64,000 bases of DNA from an uncultured Chloroflexia bacterium (GTDB lineage: Bacteria > Chloroflexota > Limnocylindria > Limnocylindrales > CSP1-4). This document shows positions 40,031 to 49,700 of this stretch, one piece after another; within the stretch, counting starts at the first letter, position 1; each line of letters opens with the position of its first letter. The notes beneath the pieces are model-generated. The model searched no databases and was not told the DNA's origin. It worked only from the letters and a program-made list of their open reading frames with translations. Where the stretch lies: positions 512,001 through 576,000 of the forward strand of contig CAVPPB010000001.1 in assembly GCA_963707215.1 (NCBI GenBank). Reading direction: 5' to 3'. Made by a program: the position numbers and the translations under genes.

Positions 40031-42439
40031 CTACCGGCCGGGACCGGCCACGCGGCCGACCATGCCCGCCATCGTCGCCGCCGCGACGGCCGCCTGTCCA
40101 TAGCTGATGCCACCGTCGTTGACCGGCACCTGCCGGTTGACGTGGACCTCGAATCCGTCCGCCGCCAGGCGGCGCAGGAGCGCGCCGCTCAGCCAGCCGT
40201 TCTGGAAGACGCCGCCCGAGAGGCAGACGACGCCGAGCCCGGTCGAGGCGCGAACGTCGGCGCAGATCGCCCGGGTGACCGTCGCGATCGTCTCCTGGAA
40301 GCGGGCAGCGAGACGTCCCGTCGGGACGCCCTCCTCGACGCCGTCGAGGAGCCCCACCAGGGTCGGCCGCGGATCGTAGACCAGGAGGTCCCCGCGCCGG
40401 ACGAGGCGCCAGGGGAGCGGGTCGTGCCGGCCGGGTTCGGCCGCCATCTCGAGATCGATGGCGGCCTGGGCCTCGTACTCGGCGACGTCGCGCAGACCCA
40501 GCAGCGAGGCAGCCGCGTCGAAGAGCCGGCCGGCGCTCGAGGCGAGCGGCGCATTGAGACTGCGGGCCAGCTGGACCCGGACGATGCCGACCTCCCGGGG
40601 GTCGAGCCGACCCAGGAACGCGCCGGCCGGGCCGTCCGGGGCAGCCAGGTCGACGCCGGCGCCACCGTCGAACGCCTCGGCGCCCAGCAGGTAGCCGAGG
40701 GCCATCCGGTAGGGCTTCCGGACGGCCAGGGCGCCACCGGGCATCGGGGCCAGCCCGAACCGGGCGACCCGGCGGTAGCCGGCCAGATCGGCCACCAGGA
40801 CCTCGCCGCCCCAGAACGTGCCGTCGTCCCCCATGCCCAGCCCGTCGTAGGCGACCCCGATGAACGGCTCGACGAGACCGTGCTCGGCGGCGCACGAGGC
40901 GACGTGGGCGTGGTGGTGCTGGACGGCGATGCGGCGGTCGGAGGGGAAGCGGCGGTCGGCGTACTGGGTGGAGAGATACGAGGGGTGGCGGTCGTGGGCG
41001 ACCCAGCCCGGCTCCAGGTCGAGCAGCCGGGCGAGGTGAGCGAGGTTCTCCTCGAAGGCCCGGTGGACCAGGAGATCCTCGAGGTCGCCGATGTGGGGGG
41101 CGACGTGGGCGCGGCCTCGGGACGCCAGGGCGAAGGTGTGCTTCAACTCCGCGCCCGCGGCGAGCACGACCTCGCCGTCCGGCAGCCGGATCGGCAGATC
41201 AAGCGGCTCCGGGGCATGACCGCGGCCACGGCGGATGATCGACGGCCGGGCGTGCCGGCCGGTGCCGATCACCCGGGTCACCGAATCGTCGTAGCGGGCA
41301 CGGATCCGTCGGTCGTGGGCGAGGAAGGCGTCGGCGATGCCCCCGAGTCGCTCCAGGGCGTCGGCGTCGTCGATCGCGAGGGGCTCGTCGGACAGGTTGC
41401 CGCTGGTCAGCACGAGCGGCCGACCGACTGCCGCGAGGAGCAGGTGGTGGAGCGGCGTGTACGGCAGGAAGAGTCCCACCCGCCGGTTGCCGGCGACGAC
41501 ACCGGCCGCGACGTTGCTACCGGCGGTCTTCCCCGCCCGGATCCGGCAGAGCACGATCGGGCGGGCCGGGTCGACCAGCAGTCGCCGCTCCGCGGGCGTG
41601 ACGACGGCGAGCGACCGGGCCGCCGCGAGGTCGCGGACCATGACCGCGAACGGCTTGGCCCAGCGACGCTTGCGGTCGCGCAGCCGGGCCACCGCGGTCG
41701 CGTCGGTCGCGTCGCAGGCGAGGTGGTAGCCGCCGAGCCCCTTGATGGCGACGATCCGGCTGCTCAGCAGGTCTCCGGCGGCGGCTTCGAGCGCCTCCTC
41801 CGCCCGGGCGACGGGAGCCGGGTCGACGGTCCGGCGGTAGACGAGGATCGGACCGCAGGCCGGGCAGGCGACCGGCTCGGCGTGGAACCGTCGATCGCGG
41901 GGATCGCCGTACTCGCGTGCGCAGGCGGCGCAGAGCGGGAAGTCGCGCATGGACGTCTGCTGCCGGTCGTACGGCAGGGCCTCGATGATCGTGGCCCGGG
42001 GCCCGCAGTTCGTGCAGTTCGTGAAGGGATAGCGGTACCGCCGATCGGACGGGTCGGCGATCTCGCGGAGGCAGTCGTCGCAGGTGGCGATGTCCGGCGG
42101 GAAGAGCCGCTCGGCGGACGGCGCGGAGACGCTCCCGTCGATGACGAAGCCGGAGCCGACGGGCGGGGCGATGGCATCGGGCAGGTCGGCGACCTCCACC
42201 CGGTCGACCCGAGCCCGAGGCGGCGCCTCGCTCCGGAGCCGCCCGATGAGCGAGGCGACGTCCGCGGCCGTTCCGGCGACCTCGACCTCCACCCGCCCGG
42301 CGGCATTGCGGACGCGGCCGTCGAGGCCGAGCTGGTCCGCCAGCCGGAAGACGAAGGGCCGGAAGCCGACGCCCTGGACGACGCCCTCGACGACGATCGC
42401 GCGGCCGACCCGGACGGTGGCGTCAGGGGCCGTCGGCAT
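40031..42439 (-). CDS. hypF: Carbamoyltransferase HypF
   Basis: GVVQGVGFRP, NCTNCGPR, KGLGGYHL, QHHHAH, NDGGISYGQ. Confidence 0.96.
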   Translation of the reverse strand: MPTAPDATVRVGRAIVVEGVVQGVGFRPFVFRLADQLGLDGRVRNAAGRVEVEVAGTAADVASLIGRLRSEAPPRARVDRVEVADLPDAIAPPVGSGFVIDGSVSAPSAERLFPPDIATCDDCLREIADPSDRRYRYPFTNCTNCGPRATIIEALPYDRQQTSMRDFPLCAACAREYGDPRDRRFHAEPVACPACGPILVYRRTVDPAPVARAEEALEAAAGDLLSSRIVAIKGLGGYHLACDATDATAVARLRDRKRRWAKPFAVMVRDLAAARSLAVVTPAERRLLVDPARPIVLCRIRAGKTAGSNVAAGVVAGNRRVGLFLPYTPLHHLLLAAVGRPLVLTSGNLSDEPLAIDDADALERLGGIADAFLAHDRRIRARYDDSVTRVIGTGRHARPSIIRRGRGHAPEPLDLPIRLPDGEVVLAAGAELKHTFALASRGRAHVAPHIGDLEDLLVHRAFEENLAHLARLLDLEPGWVAHDRHPSYLSTQYADRRFPSDRRIAVQHHHAHVASCAAEHGLVEPFIGVAYDGLGMGDDGTFWGGEVLVADLAGYRRVARFGLAPMPGGALAVRKPYRMALGYLLGAEAFDGGAGVDLAAPDGPAGAFLGRLDPREVGIVRVQLARSLNAPLASSAGRLFDAAASLLGLRDVAEYEAQAAIDLEMAAEPGRHDPLPWRLVRRGDLLVYDPRPTLVGLLDGVEEGVPTGRLAARFQETIATVTRAICADVRASTGLGVVCLSGGVFQNGWLSGALLRRLAADGFEVHVNRQVPVNDGGISYGQAAVAAATMAGMVGRVAGPGR

Positions 42440-42893
42440 GGGGACGCTCGCGATCGCCGGTGGCCGCTCGAACGGCCGGGTCGGCGGAGGGGGAGGACGG
42501 CACGGCACCATCGTGCACGAGCCCGTCAACGCCGGCGAGGCGACCCGGCCCGGCGGTGCCGGACGACGCCGCCGCCGCGTCCCACTCGAGCTCGATCGAC
42601 TCGTCGGACGAGGATCCCAGGGTAGGCCCGCCGCAGCCGGGGCAGGTGCCGCCCGGAAGACCGTCCGACGAGGTGCCGCAGGAGGGGCACCAGCGCGGTG
42701 CCGGCCGATGGACGATCGTCAGCCGAACCGGATCCAGGCCCGGGGCGACGACCTCCAGGTGGAAGCGCAACGAGGCATCGAAGTCGGCCGGCGCATCGTG
42801 GCCGCCGGTCACCAGGACGCGAACGGGGACGCCGTCGATCCCGTGGTCGCGGATCGCGTCGGCGATGGTCCGGGCGATCCCAGCCTCGTGCAC
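42423..42893 (-). CDS. hypA: HypA-like nickel metallochaperone (divergent)
   Basis: MHE N-terminus, CPSC...CPGC. Confidence 0.75.
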   Translation of the reverse strand: MHEAGIARTIADAIRDHGIDGVPVRVLVTGGHDAPADFDASLRFHLEVVAPGLDPVRLTIVHRPAPRWCPSCGTSSDGLPGGTCPGCGGPTLGSSSDESIELEWDAAAASSGTAGPGRLAGVDGLVHDGAVPSSPSADPAVRAATGDRERPHADGP

Positions 42894-42899
42894 CGGTCG

Positions 42900-43397
42900 T
42901 CAGGCTCCGACCGCCGCCGCGACGTCGGCCGCCGCTGCCATGGCCTCGTCGACGGCGAGCCGGACCGCCCGGGGGACGGCGGCCTCGACCGCCGGCGTGA
43001 GGTCGAGGCCCACGGCGATGGTCCCCGGCTGGATCGCCACCAGGGCGACCCGGTCCGGCAGGGTCCCGGTCAGCCGGGCGACCTCGATGAGGTCGCCCAC
43101 GCCGACCTGGTGGGGCGAGACGTGGCCGCCGAGGGCCGAGTGCAGCTCGTCGCCGCGGAGGACGCCAACGGTCCCCGGGGCGGCTCGGAGGTCGACGGCA
43201 TCGACCATGACGAGGGCCGCGCAGTCGCCGATCATCGGCAGCAGGTCGAGACCCAGGGTGCCGCCGTCGACCGCCCGGATGCCGGGCGGCAGGTCCAGCG
43301 CCGCCACCTCGTCGGCGACGCGGATGCCGACCCCCTCGTCCTGGAGGAGGACGTTGCCGACGCCCAGGACGAGGACGCCGCCGTCGGGACGGCTCAC
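42900..43397 (-). CDS. Hydrogenase maturation endopeptidase (HyaD/HybD family)
   Basis: GVGNVLLQDEGVG, VDGGTLG, VDAV, SPHQVG. Confidence 0.92.
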   Translation of the reverse strand: MSRPDGGVLVLGVGNVLLQDEGVGIRVADEVAALDLPPGIRAVDGGTLGLDLLPMIGDCAALVMVDAVDLRAAPGTVGVLRGDELHSALGGHVSPHQVGVGDLIEVARLTGTLPDRVALVAIQPGTIAVGLDLTPAVEAAVPRAVRLAVDEAMAAAADVAAAVGA

Positions 43398-44167
43398 TCG
43401 GCGACCCCCTGGACGTCCCAGCCGCCGTCCCGGGCCTCCTGGATCTCCCGGCGGGTGACGAACTTGTTGCCGCTGAAGATGCTCGACATGAGGCCGTTCC
43501 GCTCGAAGTGGTCGACCAGGAGCGCGCTGTAGATGTGGTGGATCATGAAGGCGATGATCGCCCACATCAGCAGGTGGTGGATGAGGCGGACGGTCTGGAC
43601 GCCAAGGCCGGTCGTGAGCCACCCGAACAGCGTCGCCCAGGGCTCGGTGCCGTGGACCGCGGCAAGCGCGAAACCGGTGAAGGTCTGGAGCAGGAACAGA
43701 CCGAAGACGATGATGTAGGTGCCGGCTGCCAGGGCGTTGTGCCCCAGGACCGTCGGCACTTCGCTCCGGGCGAACACGTACCAGCCGGTCTGGTGACCCA
43801 TCTCCCGGAACTGGTGTCGGCTGTGGGGGAAGAAGGCCCGCCAGTTCGAGAAGCGGTTCCCGACGAAGAGCCAGTAGGTCCTCAGGATGCCCGACGCCAC
43901 GAAGATGAAGGCGAAGAGCATGTGGATCGAGCGGACGACGCCCATCGTCCGCTCGTCGGCGCCGAAGAAGAACGGATCTGCGATATAGCCGCCGGTGACC
44001 GTCAGGACGGCGACCGAGCCGAAGGTGATCCAGTGGGTCACTCGCACCGGGACCTGCCAGACGTAGATCCGGACGCGCTGGCGGGCCAGCGGGATGGTGA
44101 TGTCGCCCTCGATGGGGCCGTTGGAGTCCTGCTGCGAAGCCGGGACGGCCGTGCCGGATGCGGTCAT
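43394..44167 (-). CDS. cybH: [NiFe]-hydrogenase b-type cytochrome subunit
   Basis: VWQVPVRVTHW, GHNALA, IHHLLMW...HHIY. Confidence 0.92.
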   Translation of the reverse strand: MTASGTAVPASQQDSNGPIEGDITIPLARQRVRIYVWQVPVRVTHWITFGSVAVLTVTGGYIADPFFFGADERTMGVVRSIHMLFAFIFVASGILRTYWLFVGNRFSNWRAFFPHSRHQFREMGHQTGWYVFARSEVPTVLGHNALAAGTYIIVFGLFLLQTFTGFALAAVHGTEPWATLFGWLTTGLGVQTVRLIHHLLMWAIIAFMIHHIYSALLVDHFERNGLMSSIFSGNKFVTRREIQEARDGGWDVQGVAE

Positions 44168-44180
44168 CGCGCGCCTCCCC

Positions 44181-45890
44181 TCAGACGACCCGGATCTCGA
44201 CGGACGAGCCGCGCGCCGGGTCGTGGACGTGCACGGCGCAGGCCATGCAAGGATCGAAGGAGTGGACGGTCCGAAGCACCTCGACCGGCTTGGTCGGGTC
44301 GGCGATCGGTGTCCCGATCAGGGCCTCCTCCCAGGCGCCGCGGTTGCCCGCGGCGTCACGGGGTGAGCCGTTCCAGGTCGAGGGGACCACGAACTGGTAG
44401 TTCTCGATGTTCTGGCCGTCGATGACGATCCAGTGGCCCAGCGAGCCGCGCGGCGCCTCCTCGAGGCCGAAGCCCTCGGCCCGCTCGGGCCAGCTCTTCG
44501 GGTCCCAGAGAGAGACGTCGGCGATGGCCAGGTCGCCGCGGTCGAGGTTCGCCGACAGCTCCTCGAGCCAGGTCGGCAGGCGAGCCGCCAGGACCTGGGT
44601 CTCGACCGCCCGGGCCGCGATCCGGCCGAGGGTGCTGAAGAGCGCCTCCGGACCGACGCCGAGGGCGCCCAGGACGCCGTCGACCGCGGCCTTGACCTCG
44701 GCGTTGCCGGCCACGTAGGCAACCAGCATCCGGGACAGCGGACCGACCTCCATCGGCTGGCCGTCGTAGCGGGGCGCCTTGAGCCAGCTGTACTTGTCGA
44801 ACCCCTCGAGGGTGTCGAACGGCGGTGTCGGGCCCGCGTACCTCGGGTTGGTCTCGCCCTGGCCCGGGTACTTGAGGGCGGCGTCGTCGTCGCTGTACTC
44901 ATAGTACGAGTGGGCGACCGTCTCGGCGATCTTGGTCGGGTCGACGTCCACGACGGTGGAGATGTCGCGGGCCATGATCCGGCCGCGCGGCAGGTAGAAC
45001 GCCGACGGCTGGCCGGAGTCGTCCTCCGGGAACTCGCCGTAGGACATGTAGTTGCCGATGCCGGCGCCGATGCCGGCCCAGTCCTTGTAGAACCCGGCCA
45101 CCGCCAGGACGTCCGGGATGTAGACCCGGTCCACGAAGTCCTTGGCCTTCTGGAGGAGGCTGGCGACCTCCGAGATGTGGCGGGCATTGAACGCGGTCGG
45201 CGAGTTCGGGTCGAGACCCAGGGCCATGCCGCCGACGACGTAGGTCTGGGGGTGCGGGTTCTTGCTGCCGAGCAGGGCGTGGATCCGGATGACCTCGCGC
45301 TGCCAATCGAGCGCCTCGAGGTAGTGGGCGACCGCCAGGAGGTTGGCCTCGGGCGGCAGCTTGTAGGCCGGGTGGCCCCAGTAGCCGTTGGTGAACGGGC
45401 CGAGCTGGCCCGAGTCGACGTAGGCCTGGAGCTTGGCCTTGACGCCCTCGAAGTACGAGACGCTCGAGAGCGGCCAGTCGCTGATCGACTGGGCCAGGCG
45501 CGAGGTGGCCAGCGGCTCGGCGCTGAGGGCCGACACGACGTCGACCCAGTCCAGGGCGTGCAGGTGGTAGAAGTGGATGACGTGGTCCTGGACGTACTGG
45601 ATGCCGGCGATGAGGTTGCGGACCAGGCGGGCGTTGGTCGGGATCCGGATGTCCAGGGCGTTCTCCACGGCCCGGACCGAGGCCAGGGCATGGACCGTGG
45701 TGCAGACGCCGCAAGCCCGCTGGGCGAAGACCCAGGCATCGCGCGGATCGCGACCCTTGAGGATCAGCTCGAGCCCGCGGAACATCGTCCCCGAGCTCCA
45801 GGCGTCGGTCACCGCGCCGCCGGAGACCTCGACCTCGATCCGCAGGTGACCTTCGATCCGGGTGATCGGGTCGATGGCGATCCGGGTCAT
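44181..45890 (-). CDS. Group 1 [NiFe]-hydrogenase large subunit (possibly group 1f)
   Basis: DPITRIEGH, L1 QRACGVCTTVH, L2 SFDPCMACAVH plus a cleavable tail. Confidence 0.95.
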   Translation of the reverse strand: MTRIAIDPITRIEGHLRIEVEVSGGAVTDAWSSGTMFRGLELILKGRDPRDAWVFAQRACGVCTTVHALASVRAVENALDIRIPTNARLVRNLIAGIQYVQDHVIHFYHLHALDWVDVVSALSAEPLATSRLAQSISDWPLSSVSYFEGVKAKLQAYVDSGQLGPFTNGYWGHPAYKLPPEANLLAVAHYLEALDWQREVIRIHALLGSKNPHPQTYVVGGMALGLDPNSPTAFNARHISEVASLLQKAKDFVDRVYIPDVLAVAGFYKDWAGIGAGIGNYMSYGEFPEDDSGQPSAFYLPRGRIMARDISTVVDVDPTKIAETVAHSYYEYSDDDAALKYPGQGETNPRYAGPTPPFDTLEGFDKYSWLKAPRYDGQPMEVGPLSRMLVAYVAGNAEVKAAVDGVLGALGVGPEALFSTLGRIAARAVETQVLAARLPTWLEELSANLDRGDLAIADVSLWDPKSWPERAEGFGLEEAPRGSLGHWIVIDGQNIENYQFVVPSTWNGSPRDAAGNRGAWEEALIGTPIADPTKPVEVLRTVHSFDPCMACAVHVHDPARGSSVEIRVV

Positions 45891-47050
45891 CGGTCGGTTC
45901 CCTCCGTCTCATCGTCGATCGGCTTCTGCGCCAGCTTCGGGTCGTCGGCGGCCATGTGGGCCACGGCGACGGGCTGGTGCTCCACGCCGCGCTTGCGGCG
46001 GCCGTAGCTGATGACGCCATGGACGGCCGAGAGGCCGGCGACGGCGCCGACGAGGGCGACGCCCACCTGGTCGACCGTCACGTCGTTGGGGAACGGAGGC
46101 GGAGCCGGGAGACGGCCGTAGAACGGCGTCATCTCGTCCCAGAAGCGTGGCATCGTGCAGCCGACGCAGCCATGCCCCGACTTGACCGGCCAGCTGGTCC
46201 CGTCGTTGAAGCGAGCCGTCGGGCAGTTGGCCATCGTCTCGGGGCCCTTGCAGCCCATCTTGTAGAGGCACCAGCCCTCGCGGTGGCCTTCGTCACCCCA
46301 CGCCTCGACGTAACGGCCGGCCTCGAAGTGGGCGCGCCGCTCGCACTGGTCGTGGATGAGCTGGCCATATGCGAAGAGCGGCCGGCCGAGCGTGTCGGTG
46401 GCCGGCAGCTCCCCGAAGGTCAGGTAGTGGACGATCGTGGCCGTCAGGTTCTGGACGTTCATGGGGCAGCCGGGCAGGTTGACGACCGTCCTCGACGGCG
46501 CGAGCTGGGCCGCCCCGATGGCCCCGGTCGGGCCACCGTTGGCCGCCGGTAGACCGCCATCGAAGGCGCAGCTGCCGACGGCGATCGTCGCCAGCGCCCC
46601 GTCCATGACCTCGTTGGCGATGTCGCGGAAGGTCCGCCCGCCGACCGTGCAATAGATGCCGTCGTCGGCGATGGGGATCGAGCCCTCGATGACCGCGATG
46701 TAGCCGTTGGGGTACTTCTCCATCGTGGCGATCCGGGACTCCTCCGCCTGGACGCCGGCGGCCGCCATGATCGTCTCGTGGTAGTCGACCGACAGGATGT
46801 CGAGGACCAGCTCGGCGGTCGTGGGATGCGACGCCCGCAGGAACCCCTCGGTATTGCCGGCACAGTCCTGGCCCTCGAGCCAGATGACGGGGATCCGTGG
46901 GGCCGACTCGAGCGCCCTGGCGATCCTCGGCGCATACGACGCCGGCAGGGCCAGGGCACCGGCCATCGCGGCCGAGAACTTCAGGAATGCCCGCCGGCTG
47001 ACGCCTCGCACGGTCAGCAGGTCGGCGATCCCGCCGGTCGATCCATCCAT
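45887..47050 (-). CDS. Group 1 [NiFe]-hydrogenase small subunit, Tat-exported and membrane-anchored
   Basis: SRRAFLK Tat motif, DCAGN, GSCA, PGCP, HDQC, CLYKMGC, GCVGC, C-terminal TM. Confidence 0.95.
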   Translation of the reverse strand: MDGSTGGIADLLTVRGVSRRAFLKFSAAMAGALALPASYAPRIARALESAPRIPVIWLEGQDCAGNTEGFLRASHPTTAELVLDILSVDYHETIMAAAGVQAEESRIATMEKYPNGYIAVIEGSIPIADDGIYCTVGGRTFRDIANEVMDGALATIAVGSCAFDGGLPAANGGPTGAIGAAQLAPSRTVVNLPGCPMNVQNLTATIVHYLTFGELPATDTLGRPLFAYGQLIHDQCERRAHFEAGRYVEAWGDEGHREGWCLYKMGCKGPETMANCPTARFNDGTSWPVKSGHGCVGCTMPRFWDEMTPFYGRLPAPPPFPNDVTVDQVGVALVGAVAGLSAVHGVISYGRRKRGVEHQPVAVAHMAADDPKLAQKPIDDETEGTDR

Positions 47051-47125
47051 CGCTCGCCCTCACGAATGGCCGCCCGCCGCACTCGCCGGCGAGCGCCCGG
47101 CCTCGTTGGATGGGGGGATGGTGGA

Positions 47126-47277
47126 GGGCCGTCCGGCGATCTCGTATGGGCCGACAGGCCCTCACTGCCGGGACCTCCGGACCGGATGGAACGCATTCGT
47201 ATGGTCGCATGGATCCCCGCAGCGGGCGGCCCGTCGGGTTCGGGCCATCGGTCCCGGCCGACCGGGCCCTCCCACCC
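47126..47277. promoter_or_regulatory. Phased array of DosR-like boxes in the divergent hydrogenase/ybaK promoter
   Basis: Sites start at 47126, 47148 (GGGCCGACAGGCCC), 47170 (GGGACCTCCGGACC), 47242 (GGGCCATCGGTCCC) and 47264; 22-bp period within each group. Confidence 0.65.
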
Positions 47278-47386
47278 TGTCGCGACCGTCGCGACGGGCA
47301 CGACGATTCGGCCTGTCCGCCAGACGACGAACCCGACGGACCCGGCGACCGGTCCCGGTGGGGCGCAGGGCGGGAAGGAGGGCGCG

Positions 47387-47911
47387 ATGGCGACCAACGA
47401 ACGCGAAGCGACCACCGGACCGCACGCCGGCCTTCTCGATTGGCTGGCCGCGCACGGGGTCGAGTACGAGCTCCACGAGCATCCGCTGACGTTCACGGCC
47501 AGGGAGACGGCCGAGATCGAGGGGGTCGATCCCCGCCGGTTCGCCAAGGTCGTGGCCGTGGAAGCGGCCGACGGACGCCGCGCCCTGATCGTCGTCGACG
47601 CGATCGACCACGTCGACCTCGGCAAGGTCGCCGATCGCCTCGGGGTCGATCAGGCTCGCCTCCTGACCGAGGGTGAGCTGGTGGGCTTCGCCCCCGGCTG
47701 CGACGTGGGGACGATGCCGCCGATCGGCGAGCTCTTCGGGGTGGACGTCCTGGCCGACATCGCCGTTCGCGAGGACCCCGAGATCACCTTTCACGCGGGC
47801 AGCCACCACTTCACCGTCCACGTCGATCGCGCCGGCTGGGAGCAAGCGACCCGGGTGACCTACGCGGACCTCGCCGACAGCCGGGATCGCCAGCCGGCCT
47901 GGGCCCGCTGA
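47387..47911 (+). CDS. YbaK/EbsC family aminoacyl-tRNA deacylase
   Basis: FAKVV, CDVGTMPPIG, FHAGSH; AGGAGG RBS. Confidence 0.85.
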   Translation: MATNEREATTGPHAGLLDWLAAHGVEYELHEHPLTFTARETAEIEGVDPRRFAKVVAVEAADGRRALIVVDAIDHVDLGKVADRLGVDQARLLTEGELVGFAPGCDVGTMPPIGELFGVDVLADIAVREDPEITFHAGSHHFTVHVDRAGWEQATRVTYADLADSRDRQPAWAR

Positions 47912-48025
47912 GCGGATCAGGACCGAACGTCCTCCGGGGCGGTCCGGACCGCCCGTCATGAGGCATCCTCCGGCCCTGCCGACGACCGTGGTCCGCGCGC
48001 AGGCTGTGCCCGGAGGTGCGACCTG

Positions 48026-48313
48026 ATGGCCGTCTCGTCACTCATCGACCCGGGGGCCGTGGCGCTCGAGGCCGGCGTCCGGGTCGAGCCCTTCGAGCCC
48101 CTGGCGATCGCGGTCGACCGCTGCAAGGGCTGTGAGCTCTGCGTCACAGCCTGTCCCAAGGGCGTGCTGGCGCTGGATCTTGCCGCCGTCAACGGTCTGG
48201 GCTACCACCCCGTCCGCCTGACCGAGCCGACGGGCTGCACGAGCTGTGCGATCTGCGCCCGCGTCTGCCCCGACGCCGTCTTCACCGTCTACGCACGACC
48301 ACGGGAGGGCTGA
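48026..48313 (+). CDS. 2x[4Fe-4S] ferredoxin, delta subunit of 2-oxoacid oxidoreductase
   Basis: CKGCELCVTACP and CTSCAICARVCP. Confidence 0.92.
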   Translation: MAVSSLIDPGAVALEAGVRVEPFEPLAIAVDRCKGCELCVTACPKGVLALDLAAVNGLGYHPVRLTEPTGCTSCAICARVCPDAVFTVYARPREG

Positions 48314-48314
48314 G

Positions 48315-49700
48315 GTGGGCAGCACCGTTCGCGACCAGGATGCGGTCGCTGTCGCCGCCGCAGGGGTGGTCGCCGCCGCCAACCCGGAGCGCGTGCTCCT
48401 GAAGGGCAACGAGGCGATCGCCGAGGCCGCCATCCAGGCGGGCTGCGACGCCTACTTCGGATATCCGATCACACCCCAGGCCGAGCTCCTCGAATGGATG
48501 GCCCGGCGGATGCCCGAGGAGGGTCGGGCGTTCGTGCAGGCCGAGAGCGAGCTCGCCGCGATCAACATGGCCCTGGGCGCCGCGGCCACCGGGAGCCGGG
48601 TCCTGGTGAGCTCATCGTCGCCGGGGATCAGCCTGATGGCCGAGGCCATGAGCTACATGGCCGCCTCGGAGCTGCCCGTCGTCCTGGTCAACATCATGCG
48701 CGGCGGCCCGGGCCTCGGATCCATCGGACCGGCCCAGGGCGACTACTTCCAGGCGACCAAGGGCCACGGCCACGGGGACTACCGGACACCGGTCCTGGCC
48801 CCCGCCTCGATCGCCGAGGCGATGGCGCTCGTCGCCGACGCGTTCGAGCTGGCCGAGCGCTACCGGACCCCGGTCATGATCCTGGCCGACGGCATCCTCG
48901 GCCAGGCCATGGAGCCGGTCGTCCCGGCCTATCGCTGCCCGCCCCGCCGGATCCCGGGTTGGGCGGTCGAGGGAGCCGATGGCCGCCCGCCCAGGATCGT
49001 CAGGTCGCTCCACCTGAAGCCGGAGGCGCTCGAGGCGCACAACCGGCACCTCCAGGCGAAGTACGCCGCGATCCGGCACCGGGAGGTCCGCTGGGCGGGC
49101 GAGGAACTCGACGACGCCGAGCTTGTCATCGTCGCCTATGGCACCGCTGCGAGGGTAGCCCGCACGGCTGTACACCGTGCCCGTCAGACGGGCCTTCGGG
49201 TCGGCCTGTTCCGGCCGATCACCCTCTGGCCGTTCCCCGAGGTCGCGCTCCGCTCGATCGCAGGCCGCTGCCGCGGCGTCCTCGCCCTCGAGCTCGCCGC
49301 GGGTCAGCTGGTCGAGGACGTCCGCCTCGCCGTCGAGGGACGAGCCCCGGTGACCCACCACGGTCGGACCGGCGGGATGGTGCCGTCGCCCGGCGAGGTC
49401 GTCACCGCTCTCCGCCACCTGTTCGCCATCACCGAGCCCATGGCGCTCGACGACTCCCCCGCTGGATGGCTCTCCGAGCCCGATCCCCTGAGCCTGCTGG
49501 ACCGGCCGGACCCGAACCTCGCTCCGATGGACGACGAGCCGGTCGAGATCCCGCCGGAAGGTCCGTCTGGTCCGCAGGACCGAGCCGATCCGCCAAGCCC
49601 GGCCTCCGACGCCGACTGGCGCGACCTTGTCCGAGGGACGAAGACGCGAGGCCGACTCGCACCCATGGCGCGGACGGTCACCAAGGAGATGCGCTCGTGA
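48315..49700 (+). CDS. vorB: 2-oxoacid:ferredoxin oxidoreductase alpha subunit (VorB-like)
   Basis: KGNEAIAEAA, FGYPITPQ, QAESE, SSSPGISL, RGGPGLG. Confidence 0.88.
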   Translation: MGSTVRDQDAVAVAAAGVVAAANPERVLLKGNEAIAEAAIQAGCDAYFGYPITPQAELLEWMARRMPEEGRAFVQAESELAAINMALGAAATGSRVLVSSSSPGISLMAEAMSYMAASELPVVLVNIMRGGPGLGSIGPAQGDYFQATKGHGHGDYRTPVLAPASIAEAMALVADAFELAERYRTPVMILADGILGQAMEPVVPAYRCPPRRIPGWAVEGADGRPPRIVRSLHLKPEALEAHNRHLQAKYAAIRHREVRWAGEELDDAELVIVAYGTAARVARTAVHRARQTGLRVGLFRPITLWPFPEVALRSIAGRCRGVLALELAAGQLVEDVRLAVEGRAPVTHHGRTGGMVPSPGEVVTALRHLFAITEPMALDDSPAGWLSEPDPLSLLDRPDPNLAPMDDEPVEIPPEGPSGPQDRADPPSPASDADWRDLVRGTKTRGRLAPMARTVTKEMRS

